A DNA stretch of 64,000 nucleotides from NCBI GenBank assembly GCA_964021635.1, contig CAXHZZ010000001.1:12762-76761 (forward strand), in the 5' to 3' direction. Under the pieces are notes generated by a model. The model saw only the letters and a list, made by a program, of their open reading frames with translations. It had not been told where the DNA came from and did no database searches. How positions within the stretch are numbered: position 1 is the first letter of the stretch; each line of letters starts with the position of its first letter. This stretch comes from an uncultured Tenacibaculum sp. GTDB lineage: Bacteria > Bacteroidota > Bacteroidia > Flavobacteriales > Flavobacteriaceae. Positions 48,861 to 58,213 of this stretch are shown piece by piece. The position numbers and the translations under genes were made by a program.

Positions 48861-49814
48861 ATGGAATATTTAGATTTTGAATTGCCAATAAAAGAGTTAG
48901 AAGATCAATTGGCAAAATGTTTTGATATAGGAAAAGAAAGTGATGTAGATGTTACAGCGACCTGTAAGAAAATAGAAAAAAAATTAGAAAAAGCAAAAAA
49001 AGATATATACAAAAACTTAACACCTTGGCAGCGTGTACAATTATCACGTCATCCAAATCGCCCATATACATTAGATTATATCAATGCTATTTGTGGTAAT
49101 ACTTTTATGGAGTTGCATGGTGATCGTAATGTAAAAGATGATAAAGCCATGATTGGTGGTTTAGGTAAAATAGGCGATCAGTCGTTTATGTTTATAGGAC
49201 AACAAAAAGGATACAATACTAAAACACGTCAATATCGTAATTTTGGTATGGCTAACCCAGAAGGTTACCGTAAAGCTTTGCGTTTAATGAAAATGGCAGA
49301 AAAGTTTGGTATCCCTGTAGTTACTTTATTAGACACTCCAGGTGCTTATCCAGGATTAGAAGCTGAAGAACGCGGTCAAGGAGAAGCAATTGCGCGAAAT
49401 ATTCTTGAAATGACACGTCTTAAAACACCTATTATAACGATTGTTATTGGTGAAGGTGCTTCAGGAGGAGCGATTGGTATTGGAGTAGGTGATAAAGTAT
49501 ACATGATGGAAAACACATGGTATACCGTAATTTCACCAGAATCATGTTCATCTATTTTATGGCGCAGTTGGGAGTATAAAGAACAAGCTGCTGAAGCATT
49601 AAAGCTAACAGGAGATGATATGAAGCGATTAAAATTAATTGATGGAATAATTGAAGAACCTTTAGGTGGGGCACACTCAAATAGAGAGGCAGCTTTTAAA
49701 GCCGTGCAAGACCATATTGTTAGTGCTTTTAATGAGTTAAAAGATTTAAATGATACAGATTTAATAGCTCAACGTATGGATAAATACGCTAATATGGGTG
49801 ATTATAAGGAATAA
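48861..49814 (+). CDS. accA: Acetyl-CoA carboxylase carboxyltransferase alpha subunit
   Basis: [36 protein letters not shown]; TATGTTTG promoter element at 48815-48822. Confidence 0.97.
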   Translation: MEYLDFELPIKELEDQLAKCFDIGKESDVDVTATCKKIEKKLEKAKKDIYKNLTPWQRVQLSRHPNRPYTLDYINAICGNTFMELHGDRNVKDDKAMIGGLGKIGDQSFMFIGQQKGYNTKTRQYRNFGMANPEGYRKALRLMKMAEKFGIPVVTLLDTPGAYPGLEAEERGQGEAIARNILEMTRLKTPIITIVIGEGASGGAIGIGVGDKVYMMENTWYTVISPESCSSILWRSWEYKEQAAEALKLTGDDMKRLKLIDGIIEEPLGGAHSNREAAFKAVQDHIVSAFNELKDLNDTDLIAQRMDKYANMGDYKE

Positions 49815-49835
49815 CAATAAAACAACATATATAAC

Positions 49836-49868
49836 AAAAAACCTCGTCTTTATGATGAGGTTTTTTTT
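49836..49868 (+). terminator. Terminator after accA
   Basis: aaaaaacctcgtc/gatgaggtttttttt hairpin. Confidence 0.85.
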
Positions 49869-49907
49869 GTGAAAATTAGTAACTTAGGCTATTAATAAAA
49901 TAGTATT

Positions 49908-50195
49908 ATGGGAGATACACAAACGATAACATTTTTAGAAGATATTTTTGAAAACCATCCAAATTGTTATAATGGTTGGAGTGAAGATTACGCACAGACA
50001 ATTGTAAAGAAGGCTTTACAAGAATTTAATTATGAAAGTGAGGATATTGTTTTTAAAAAGTATGCTTGCAGAGCTATTGATGAAGAGAATTGGAGAACGA
50101 AAGTATGTTATGTAGAAACAGAGCAACCAGGCTTTTTTTATATAATGAGAGATATGGTAGATCATATTAATGTAATTTATAATAGGTGGGATTAA
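49908..50195 (+). CDS. Hypothetical protein, 95 aa
   Basis: ATG-started ORF with normal composition, between two terminators; no family recognised. Confidence 0.75.
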   Translation: MGDTQTITFLEDIFENHPNCYNGWSEDYAQTIVKKALQEFNYESEDIVFKKYACRAIDEENWRTKVCYVETEQPGFFYIMRDMVDHINVIYNRWD

Positions 50196-50216
50196 TATTA
50201 CAGTGGCATTATAAAT

Positions 50217-50246
50217 AAAAAAGCAACCAAATTTGGTTGCTTTTTT
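50217..50246. terminator. Bidirectional terminator (30-bp perfect palindrome)
   Basis: aaaaaagcaaccaaa|tttggttgctttttt. Confidence 0.88.
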
Positions 50247-50248
50247 TA

Positions 50249-50881
50249 TTATGGTATATTTAAATATTTATGGGTTTGTAAAGAAACACGCCATTTCGGG
50301 TTTTTCATTACATAATCTACAATTAAAGGAGTCATTTGTTCTTTTTTACTCCATTCTGGTTGTAAAAAGAGTTGACATTTTTTACCAACTTTTTCAGCTT
50401 GTTCTTCAGCAAATTGAAAATCATTTTTATTATGAATGATCATTTTCAATTCATCAGCTTCTTTGTAGCATTCTTTTGTAGGTAATTTTGTTTTTTTAGG
50501 AGATAAGCAAAACCAGTCCCAAATACCAGAAAAATCATAAGCACCAGAAGTTTCAATATGTGTTTTCATCCCTTTGTCTTGGAGTTGTTTGGTAATGTAA
50601 TCTAAACTCCACATTAACGGTTCTCCTCCAGTAATTACTACTGTTTTAGCCCATTTTTGGGCATTGGTAACAATAACATCTGTTTTTGTTGGTGGATGTA
50701 AATTAGCATCCCAACTTTCTTTAACATCACACCAATGGCAACCAACATCACAACCACCTATTCTAATAAAATAAGCAGCAGTACCTGTATGAGACCCTTC
50801 ACCTTGTATTGTATAAAATTCTTCCATTAACGGAAGCATTTCACCTTTATCTATTAAATCTTGTACTTCTTTTTTCAACAT
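50249..50881 (-). CDS. queE: 7-carboxy-7-deazaguanine synthase (radical SAM)
   Basis: FYTIQGEG, CDVGCHWCD, TGGEP, SPK, LQPEW, QTHKYL. Confidence 0.93.
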   Translation of the reverse strand: MLKKEVQDLIDKGEMLPLMEEFYTIQGEGSHTGTAAYFIRIGGCDVGCHWCDVKESWDANLHPPTKTDVIVTNAQKWAKTVVITGGEPLMWSLDYITKQLQDKGMKTHIETSGAYDFSGIWDWFCLSPKKTKLPTKECYKEADELKMIIHNKNDFQFAEEQAEKVGKKCQLFLQPEWSKKEQMTPLIVDYVMKNPKWRVSLQTHKYLNIP

Positions 50882-50970
50882 AAGAATGCAAAGATAGTCA
50901 ACATTAAAATTTTATGAATGATTTTTGTTACTTTTACGTGTTTTATCAATAAAAAAAGAATCCAAGCAAC

Positions 50971-52494
50971 ATGAGTAAATCCGAAGCGTTTTTTAAATAT
51001 ATAACCGAAGGCTATAAAAGTAAAGGAGATTTTATCACTTTAGGCGCAGGTATGTTGGGTGAAGAAACCATAACGAATGCATTGGTAAATATTCCGTTAA
51101 AAACTTTAAATCGTCATGGTTTAATAGCGGGAGCGACGGGTACGGGTAAAACTAAAACGTTACAGGTATTGGCAGAAAATATGTCTGATAAAGGGATTCC
51201 GGTTTTGTTAATGGATGTAAAAGGTGATTTAAGTGGATTAGCACAACCAAGTCCTGGACATGCGAAAATAGACGAGCGTCATCAAAAAATTGGAATTCCA
51301 TTTAATGCTACTAAGTTTCCGATAGAGATTTTGTCAATATCAGAACAAAACGGAGTGCGTTTAAGAGCAACAGTATCTGAATTTGGTCCGGTTTTATTAT
51401 CGCGTATTTTAGATTTAACAGAAACACAATCGGGAATTGTAGCGATTATTTTTAAATATTGTGATGACAATAAATTACCATTGTTAGACTTAAAAGATTT
51501 TAAGAAAATCCTTCAATTTATTACGAATGAAGGTAAAGAGGAAATTCGTGCTGAATATGGTCGAATTTCTACAGCAAGTACAGGCGCTATTCTTAGAAAA
51601 ATTATAGAAATAGAGCAACAAGGTGGTGATTTGTTTTTTGGTGAAAAATCATTTGAAGTAGATGATCTAACGCGTATAGATGAAAACGGTCGAGGTTTAA
51701 TATCAGTTTTAAGATTAACAGATATTCAGGATAAACCTAAATTGTTTTCAACGTTTATGATGCAATTATTAGCAGAAGTATATGAATCTTTTCCAGAACA
51801 AGGAGATAGTGACAGACCTGAGTTAATTATTTTTATTGATGAAGCGCATTTGGTTTTTGAAGAAGCATCAAAAGCATTGTTAAATCAGATAGAAAGTATT
51901 GTAAAATTAATTAGATCTAAAGGGATAGGTTTGTACTTTGTAACGCAAAATCCTAAAGATGTGCCAGAAGATGTTTTGGCGCAATTGGGAATGAAAATTC
52001 AGCATGCTTTACGAGCTTTTACAGCAAAAGATAGAAAAGCTATTAAGTTAGCAGCAGAAAACTATCCGGATTCAGAGTTTTATGATACCAAAAAGGTATT
52101 AACACAATTAGGAATAGGAGAGGCCTTAATATCTGTTTTAAATGAAAAAGGAATTCCGACTCCGTTAGCACGAACTATGCTGCGTGCTCCGATGAGCAGA
52201 ATGGATGTGCTTACAGATAAAGAAATTAAGCAGGTATTAGATAATTCGAGATTGATACCTAAGTATAATAATGCTGTTGATAGAGAAAGTGCTTACGAGT
52301 TGTTAAATGAGAAGATTGAAAAAATAAATAAGGAGAAAACAGCAGAAGCGCTTAAAGAAGAAAGAGCAAAAACAAGCAGAAGATCTTCAGCAACAAAAAG
52401 TAGAAGCACACGACAAAACCCGATTGTAAAAGTACTAACCAGTGCTACATTTATTCGAAGTGTTTTCGGAATCTTAAAAAAAGTATTAAAATAA
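50971..52494 (+). CDS. HerA-like ATPase (DUF853/YjgR family)
   Basis: NRHGLIAGATGTGKT, DVKGDLSG, FIDEAHL, RSKGIG...TQNP, QHALRAFT. Confidence 0.92.
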   Translation: MSKSEAFFKYITEGYKSKGDFITLGAGMLGEETITNALVNIPLKTLNRHGLIAGATGTGKTKTLQVLAENMSDKGIPVLLMDVKGDLSGLAQPSPGHAKIDERHQKIGIPFNATKFPIEILSISEQNGVRLRATVSEFGPVLLSRILDLTETQSGIVAIIFKYCDDNKLPLLDLKDFKKILQFITNEGKEEIRAEYGRISTASTGAILRKIIEIEQQGGDLFFGEKSFEVDDLTRIDENGRGLISVLRLTDIQDKPKLFSTFMMQLLAEVYESFPEQGDSDRPELIIFIDEAHLVFEEASKALLNQIESIVKLIRSKGIGLYFVTQNPKDVPEDVLAQLGMKIQHALRAFTAKDRKAIKLAAENYPDSEFYDTKKVLTQLGIGEALISVLNEKGIPTPLARTMLRAPMSRMDVLTDKEIKQVLDNSRLIPKYNNAVDRESAYELLNEKIEKINKEKTAEALKEERAKTSRRSSATKSRSTRQNPIVKVLTSATFIRSVFGILKKVLK

Positions 52495-52541
52495 AACAAA
52501 TAGTACATAAAACCGTTTTTAATAATAAACCAAATAAATAA

Positions 52542-53102
52542 ATGAAAAACTTAATTAAACCTCTATTAATCGCATTAATATCAATAGTATTTGTGCAGTG
52601 CGGAAATAATAAATACGATGTTTCTAAAGGAAAAGTAGGTAAATTAACTACAAAAACAACAATGCAAGAAATTGACGGAATTTTTAAAAATGATTCTGTA
52701 GTAAAAATATTAAGCGAAGGAGCTAAGGGAAATAATTTTTATCAAGAAGATGATAAATATGAAATCTTCGAAAAAGGAGGTAAGCATTTGTTAACGATTA
52801 TACCAAATGAACAATTAGATTCTTTATCAACTATAAAAAGTATTGAAATTTATGATAATCGTTTTAAAACTAAATCAGGTTTAAATATTAGTTCTTCATT
52901 TCAGGAAATTAACGCCAATAATACCATAAGTAAAGTTGAATCATCATTTTTGTCAGCTACCTTATTTATAGACGATTTAAATGCTACAATTGCATTAGAT
53001 AAAGAAGATTTAGGATTAAAAGATTTTAGCACACAAAAAGTAACGATTGATCAAATACCTGATTTAGCTAAGATAAAATCATTAACCATTTGGTTTAACT
53101 AA
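52542..53102 (+). CDS. Hypothetical lipoprotein
   Basis: Lipobox-like FVQC after a hydrophobic stretch. Confidence 0.8.
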   Translation: MKNLIKPLLIALISIVFVQCGNNKYDVSKGKVGKLTTKTTMQEIDGIFKNDSVVKILSEGAKGNNFYQEDDKYEIFEKGGKHLLTIIPNEQLDSLSTIKSIEIYDNRFKTKSGLNISSSFQEINANNTISKVESSFLSATLFIDDLNATIALDKEDLGLKDFSTQKVTIDQIPDLAKIKSLTIWFN

Positions 53103-53111
53103 AAAATAAAC

Positions 53112-53141
53112 AAAAAGTCGAAACAATGGTTTCGGCTTTTT
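53112..53141 (+). terminator. Terminator
   Basis: aaaaagtcgaaac/gtttcggcttttt. Confidence 0.8.
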
Positions 53142-53153
53142 AATTTTTATATT

Positions 53154-53522
53154 ATGGATAAAAAATATACAATTCAAAGAAAACCGTTTGTAGTACCAAC
53201 TACAGATGGAAAATTAATAGAAGAGCATTTTGGAAATGCGACCGATAAAAACAAAAAAGTAAGTATAGCTCATATGGTTGCACCAGTAGGTTGGAGTGAG
53301 CCTTTTCAAACACCAGAATTTGAGGAATATACTTATATTATAAAAGGTAAAAAACAATTTATCATTAACGATGAAATAATTGTTTTAGAAGCAGGACAAT
53401 CGATTAAAATAGAAAAAGGAGTTCGAGTTCAATATTCAAATCCGTTTAACGAATCATGTGAGTATTTAGCTGTTTGTATGCCAGCTTTTTCTATTGAATT
53501 GGTGAATAGAGAAGAGGAGTAG
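53154..53522 (+). CDS. Cupin domain protein
   Basis: WSEPFQTPEFEEYTYIIKG...LEAGQSIKI...YSNP. Confidence 0.85.
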   Translation: MDKKYTIQRKPFVVPTTDGKLIEEHFGNATDKNKKVSIAHMVAPVGWSEPFQTPEFEEYTYIIKGKKQFIINDEIIVLEAGQSIKIEKGVRVQYSNPFNESCEYLAVCMPAFSIELVNREEE

Positions 53523-53584
53523 TATAATTTAAAGGAGATTTGTTACGTTGAATTTATTTGATAGTAACAGTGCTTTATAAATCG

Positions 53585-53624
53585 AAAAACATCAAATTGA
53601 ATTTGTTTCAATTTGATGTTTTTT
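53585..53624. terminator. Bidirectional terminator
   Basis: aaaaacatcaaattgaa/ttcaatttgatgttttt. Confidence 0.85.
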
Positions 53625-53645
53625 ATGTACACTATTTAAAAAATA

Positions 53646-54323
53646 TTAAAGTGTAAGTATTGTTAATACAATTCCTAAAAGGATTGCGGTAAATTTTTTA
53701 AAATTGAATTTGTGATTCTCTGAACTTTCAAAAAGTATAATTGTTGAAATATGAAGAAAAACACCAATAATTAAAGCGGTTATTTCAGTATGACATTCAA
53801 CAAAAAAAGGTACTTTGTCAGAAACCAATACACCCAACGGACTCATTAAAGCGAAAAGACTTAAAAATAAAACAATTATTTTTTTGCTGTAATTTGTCTG
53901 TAAAAAGAAAGTTGTTAAAACAATAGCAATAGGGATTTTATGTACAATAATTGCCCAAAGTAAATTGTCGCCAGTATGATGTATTGGTAACCCTTCAGAA
54001 AAAGCATGAATACACAAACTAACAAATAGTAACCAAGGAAACTTCGACGAGTCAGAATGCGCATGAATATGACCATGTTCGGCTCCTTTAGAAAACGACT
54101 CTAAAACCGATTGTATAATAATTCCGATTAAAATTAAAATACCGATTTTATTAACATTATTTGTATGCGTATAAGCTTCTGGGAGTAAATGTAATATGGT
54201 GACTGACAGTAAATAAGCACCACTAAATGCTAATAAAAGTCGAACTAATTGATTATTTGGCTTTAAAAATAAAACAAGTAAAGAGCCTAGTAAAACAGCA
54301 ATTATTAATAATATATAACTCAT
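53646..54323 (-). CDS. ZIP family metal transporter
   Basis: HLLPE, His-rich loop HGHIHAH, HAFSEG, HKIP. Confidence 0.9.
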   Translation of the reverse strand: MSYILLIIAVLLGSLLVLFLKPNNQLVRLLLAFSGAYLLSVTILHLLPEAYTHTNNVNKIGILILIGIIIQSVLESFSKGAEHGHIHAHSDSSKFPWLLFVSLCIHAFSEGLPIHHTGDNLLWAIIVHKIPIAIVLTTFFLQTNYSKKIIVLFLSLFALMSPLGVLVSDKVPFFVECHTEITALIIGVFLHISTIILFESSENHKFNFKKFTAILLGIVLTILTL

Positions 54324-55045
54324 TCTCCAATTAATATTAATCTATCAGAAGTGTTTTTATCAAATTCATTTAAGCTATAATCACCAAAAACATGTTTTAA
54401 ATTTAAACCCGCCTTTTTAAAATAGCTTTCCATTTTATCTAAGGTTAAAAACTTAACCTGTTCTGTATATGAATGTTGTTTGTCATCAGCAATAAAAGAA
54501 ATGTGTTTTAAGATAAAACCATCTTTAATTTCTCTTGTAATATGAAACTCTATATCATCAATTGTTTTTGTTTCTTTAGCAACTAAAGAATCTTTAACTT
54601 TTTCAACATTTAAAAAATCTAAAACAAACACACCATTTTCTTTTAAGCCGTTTTTGATGCTTTTTAAAATAGCAATATCTTCATTGTCATCCTTAAAATA
54701 GCCAAAACTTGTAAATAAGTTAAAAATAGCATCGTATTTAAGTTCTATGGGATTACGCATATCCCAAACTTCAAAATTAAGCGATTCGTTTTCAAATTGT
54801 TTAGCATGTTCAATACTGTTTCTGCTTAAATCGCCACCAGTTACTTTATAGCCTAAAGAGTTTAAGTATACCGAATGTCGCCCTTTACCACATGGTAAAT
54901 CAGCAATATGACTTGTTTTTGGTAATTTTAAAAACGAAGTTATGTTTCGCATAAAAAATTGCGCATCGGCATCATTTCTATGTTTATATAATGTGTGATA
55001 GTAAGAAGTATCGAACCAAGAAGTAAACCAGTCTGTTGTTTTCAT
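54320..55045 (-). CDS. Class I SAM-dependent methyltransferase
   Basis: DLPCGKGRH, DMR, NLFTSFGYF; 4-bp overlap with the ZIP gene. Confidence 0.9.
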   Translation of the reverse strand: MKTTDWFTSWFDTSYYHTLYKHRNDADAQFFMRNITSFLKLPKTSHIADLPCGKGRHSVYLNSLGYKVTGGDLSRNSIEHAKQFENESLNFEVWDMRNPIELKYDAIFNLFTSFGYFKDDNEDIAILKSIKNGLKENGVFVLDFLNVEKVKDSLVAKETKTIDDIEFHITREIKDGFILKHISFIADDKQHSYTEQVKFLTLDKMESYFKKAGLNLKHVFGDYSLNEFDKNTSDRLILIGE

Positions 55046-55059
55046 AAGTATAAGGTCTG

Positions 55060-55137
55060 CAAAAATACATAAATCTTACGTTTTTTAGATTGAAACAAGA
55101 AAAGATTCACATCAACCCAAAATAAGCTGTACTTTTG
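55060..55137. promoter_or_regulatory. Divergent promoters
   Basis: TATTTTTG (minus, 55060-55067) and TACTTTTG (plus, 55130-55137). Confidence 0.65.
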
Positions 55138-55157
55138 CAATGAAATTTTACAATTAC

Positions 55158-56336
55158 ATGGAAAAAGATTTTAAAATGACTGCTATTACAATGGCAGGTT
55201 TAGAAGGCGTTTTAGCAGATGAACTAAGAAAACTTGGTGGTCAGGATGTTAAAGAAGGAATACGTAATGTTACTTTTAAAGGCGACACCGGTTTTATGTA
55301 CAAAGCAAATATTGCTTTGCGTACTGCGATTCGTATTTTAAAACCGATTAAAAAGAGTAAAATTTTTGATGAAGAAGATTTATACGAAGCAATTCAGCGT
55401 GTAAAATGGGATAAGTATATTGATGTTGACGGAACTTTTGCTATCGGAGCAGTAGTAAATTCGAAAAATTTTACAACAAACTCACACTATATTAGTTTAA
55501 AATCTAAGGATGCAATTGCTGATTATTTTATGAGCAAGTACAAAAAACGTCCGAATGTAGATTTAAAATTTCCAGATGTTAAAATCCATATTCATATCCA
55601 TAATGAATGGTTAACAATCTCTTTAGATTCTTCAGGAGATTCACTACATAAAAGAGGATACAGAAGTGCTACCAATATTGCGCCAATTAACGAAGTATTA
55701 GCAGCAGGTTTGGTATTGTTATCTGGTTATAAAGGAGAAGAGAATTTTATCGACCCAATGTGTGGTTCGGGTACTATTTTAATTGAAGCAGCTATGATTG
55801 CGAATAATATACCGGCAAACATTAATCGTAAGCATTTTGCTTTTGAAAATTGGAAAGATTATGATGAGGATTTGTATTTTGTAATTCAAGATGCTTTACT
55901 AAAAAAAATTACAAGTTCTCATTTTAAAATAATGGGATTTGATAAAGCTCCGTCTGCAGTTAATAAAGCTAAACAAAATATTATAAATGCAAATTTAGAC
56001 GAGTTTATAGGTATTCATCATGTAAACTTTTTTAACTCTAAGAAAGAGGTATTTGGTAAAACAACTATTTTATTTAATCCACCTTATGGAGAGCGTTTAA
56101 ATATTGATGTAGAAGAGTTTTATAGAAAAATAGGGGATACACTAAAGCATAATTACCACGACTCTACAGCTTGGTTAATTACTTCGGATATGTTAGCCTT
56201 AAAACATGTTGGGTTAAGAACATCAAAGAGAATACCACTTAAAAATGCCGATTTAGATTGTCGTTTCGTAAAGTATGAACTTTATGAAGGAAGTAAAAGA
56301 GTTAAAAATGATTTTGAATCTGATATAGAAGCATAA
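55158..56336 (+). CDS. THUMP-domain RNA methyltransferase (RlmL-like)
   Basis: LDSSGDSLHKRGYR, APINEVLAAG, DPMCGSGT, NPPYGER. Confidence 0.9.
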   Translation: MEKDFKMTAITMAGLEGVLADELRKLGGQDVKEGIRNVTFKGDTGFMYKANIALRTAIRILKPIKKSKIFDEEDLYEAIQRVKWDKYIDVDGTFAIGAVVNSKNFTTNSHYISLKSKDAIADYFMSKYKKRPNVDLKFPDVKIHIHIHNEWLTISLDSSGDSLHKRGYRSATNIAPINEVLAAGLVLLSGYKGEENFIDPMCGSGTILIEAAMIANNIPANINRKHFAFENWKDYDEDLYFVIQDALLKKITSSHFKIMGFDKAPSAVNKAKQNIINANLDEFIGIHHVNFFNSKKEVFGKTTILFNPPYGERLNIDVEEFYRKIGDTLKHNYHDSTAWLITSDMLALKHVGLRTSKRIPLKNADLDCRFVKYELYEGSKRVKNDFESDIEA

Positions 56337-56337
56337 T

Positions 56338-56374
56338 AAAAAAATCCGTTGAAATTTTTCAGCGGATTTTTTTT
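56338..56374 (+). terminator. Terminator
   Basis: aaaaaaatccgttgaaa/tttcagcggatttttttt. Confidence 0.85.
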
Positions 56375-56455
56375 GAAAAATATTTTAGCTATTATTAGAT
56401 TACTTTTATCATTTTAATAGAATAACTAACAGAGAGATAAAAAAGTTCTTTATGT

Positions 56456-56789
56456 TTAATTATTAAAAATTTTATTTCCAATCTGAATATAAATTTGAGA
56501 TTCAATTTTTTCTTATAATTCTACAGGGATTTCAAATAAGTTAAGTAACCTTTTTTTCTACTCTAATAAAAGGTTTTATCTTATTTCTATTTAAACTTAA
56601 AAACCCAATTTCACTGAATTTATGGAAAATAAGAGGTTTCTTTTTCTAGTTTCTTATCCAATTATTTTCCACTATTTTTTCCCAATTCAAATATTTGTTA
56701 ATTTTAAAGATATGAGTCCGCTTTAATGAATTGTATCAACAATTAGCCAAATTATTAGAAAATAAGATAAGAATCAAACTAATTTTTAT
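56456..56789 (-). pseudogene. Possible decayed gene for an exported protein
   Basis: One frame reads (I)KISLILILFSNNLANC*YNSLKRTHIFKINKYLNWEKIVENNWIRN*KKKPLIFHKFSEIGFLSLNRNKIKPFIRVEKKVT*; continues after a frameshift as LFEIPVEL*EKIESQIYIQIGNKIFNN*. Confidence 0.35.
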
Positions 56790-56797
56790 AGCAAATA

Positions 56798-56833
56798 AAT
56801 AAAAACTCACAATATACATTGTGAGTTTTTATT
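56798..56833 (-). terminator. Terminator after the pentapeptide-repeat gene
   Basis: aataaaaactcacaat/attgtgagtttttatt. Confidence 0.85.
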
Positions 56834-56860
56834 GAATTATTTAGTAAAGTAAGTAAAAGA

Positions 56861-57631
56861 CTATTTATTTTTTAATAAGTATTTACTAAAACTTTTTCCG
56901 TTTATTTTAGTGTATTTAGAATCTATATCATAGGCTACATTCATATTGGTAATATTAAAGTCGCCAGATACTTTTGCATATTTTATATTTAAATCCTCTT
57001 CAAAATTTACATTTTTAAAAGAAACCCCGTTATTAAATTCGGTATATTTAAAAATAGCACTTTCATTAAATACCGCATTTTCAAAACTTACATATTGTTT
57101 AAATTTTGCATATTTAAAGGTTGCAGGCTCGTCAAAAAAAGTGTTTTTGAAAGAAATATCTCTTTCGAATTTAGCATATTTAAAAGTAGAGTCATTATTG
57201 AATTTTGTATTTGAGAAATCTGTGTTTCTTTCAAAATCAGAATACTTAAACATGGCTTTTTGTTTAAAAGTACAGTCTTTAAATATTACTTCATCTTCAA
57301 AATTAGCTATAAAAGTATAACCACTTTTTTCATGAGGAATATATGCCAATACATCATCATTAAAAGTACAATTTATAAATGATACTTTATTAGTAATTTG
57401 TTTTTCAATGGTATTAGAACCTCCGTTGTTCCACCAACTTTTTCTTTTTGGTAATTTAGGTAAAGCCTCATCCATAAAAGTAAAGTCTAACACTCCTTTA
57501 ATAGTAGCGTTTGAAATAGTTACTGATTTACCATTTTTTACATCTCTAATAATATCAGATGCATTTACTGTTTTTTGCGCATAAGTAGTTAAGCATAATA
57601 AAAGAGCGATGAATGTAAGTGTATTTTTCAT
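56861..57631 (-). CDS. Exported pentapeptide-repeat-like (beta-solenoid) protein
   Basis: Signal peptide; ~11-aa period FKY[SAT]xF/FxNxxF repeats. Confidence 0.85.
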   Translation of the reverse strand: MKNTLTFIALLLCLTTYAQKTVNASDIIRDVKNGKSVTISNATIKGVLDFTFMDEALPKLPKRKSWWNNGGSNTIEKQITNKVSFINCTFNDDVLAYIPHEKSGYTFIANFEDEVIFKDCTFKQKAMFKYSDFERNTDFSNTKFNNDSTFKYAKFERDISFKNTFFDEPATFKYAKFKQYVSFENAVFNESAIFKYTEFNNGVSFKNVNFEEDLNIKYAKVSGDFNITNMNVAYDIDSKYTKINGKSFSKYLLKNK

Positions 57632-57696
57632 TTTTTTGTGTTTGTGTTATACTTAATAGACAACGCTTTATTTTGTTTGTGACACTATTGCAAAGA

Positions 57697-57728
57697 AAAA
57701 CAGCATTTAGTTGCCTAAATGCTGTTTT
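57697..57728 (-). terminator. Terminator after hup
   Basis: aaaacagcatttag/ctaaatgctgtttt. Confidence 0.85.
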
Positions 57729-57751
57729 AAATATGTTTTTAAGAAAAGTTC

Positions 57752-58027
57752 TTAGTTGTTTACTGAATCACTTAAGCCAGCACCCGCTTTAAACTTTACT
57801 ACATTTTTAGCAGCAATTTGAATTTCTTTTCCTGTCTGAGGGTTTCTACCAGTTCTAGCAGCTCTTTCAGAAACAGACCAAGTTCCCCATCCAACTAATG
57901 CAACTTTGTTACCTGACTTTAAAGACTTAGTAACGTTAGAAGTTAAAGAGTCTAATGCAGCTTTAGCATTAGCTTTAGAAATTCCTGCGTCAGCAGCCAT
58001 TGCATCGATTAAATCTGATTTGTTCAT
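57752..58027 (-). CDS. hup: HU family DNA-binding protein
   Basis: [11 protein letters not shown]...[22 protein letters not shown]...VKFKAG; TATATTTG promoter element at 58080-58087. Confidence 0.96.
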   Translation of the reverse strand: MNKSDLIDAMAADAGISKANAKAALDSLTSNVTKSLKSGNKVALVGWGTWSVSERAARTGRNPQTGKEIQIAAKNVVKFKAGAGLSDSVNN

Positions 58028-58213
58028 AATTTTAATAAGTTTTAAAAATTAATTTTTTGTTTTTCGCTAAATAGCTCAACAAATATAGTAGGAATGCGGT
58101 ACCATGCAAGTTTTGACCTTAAAAAAAGACTTATTTGTTAATAAGTAAGTTATAATTGTTAATAACCATGGGCGTATTTAATAGTAAAACGTTAAAACCT
58201 TATAAATAAAGGG

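Noticed and set aside
50249-50881. queE/tgt as a dpd 7-deazaguanine DNA-modification island
   Set aside because: The TGT has canonical tRNA-type motifs, there are no dpdA/B/C-like genes, and the context is housekeeping.
50971-53522. HerA-type anti-phage defence system
   Set aside because: The ATPase has DUF853/YjgR housekeeping signatures, and there is no adjacent nuclease or SIR2 partner.
307-57320. Other short overlapping ORFs in the track (307-492, 2702-2902, 3779-4009, 4022-4270, 5495-5788, 11135-11347, 19312-19554, 20589-20825, 23218-23448, 24429-24692, 44440-44673, 44849-45058, 45926-46183, 46402-46605, 50233-50439, 51282-51470, 52293-52508, 56946-57320)
   Set aside because: They overlap well-supported genes on the opposite strand or in another frame and have no recognisable motifs.
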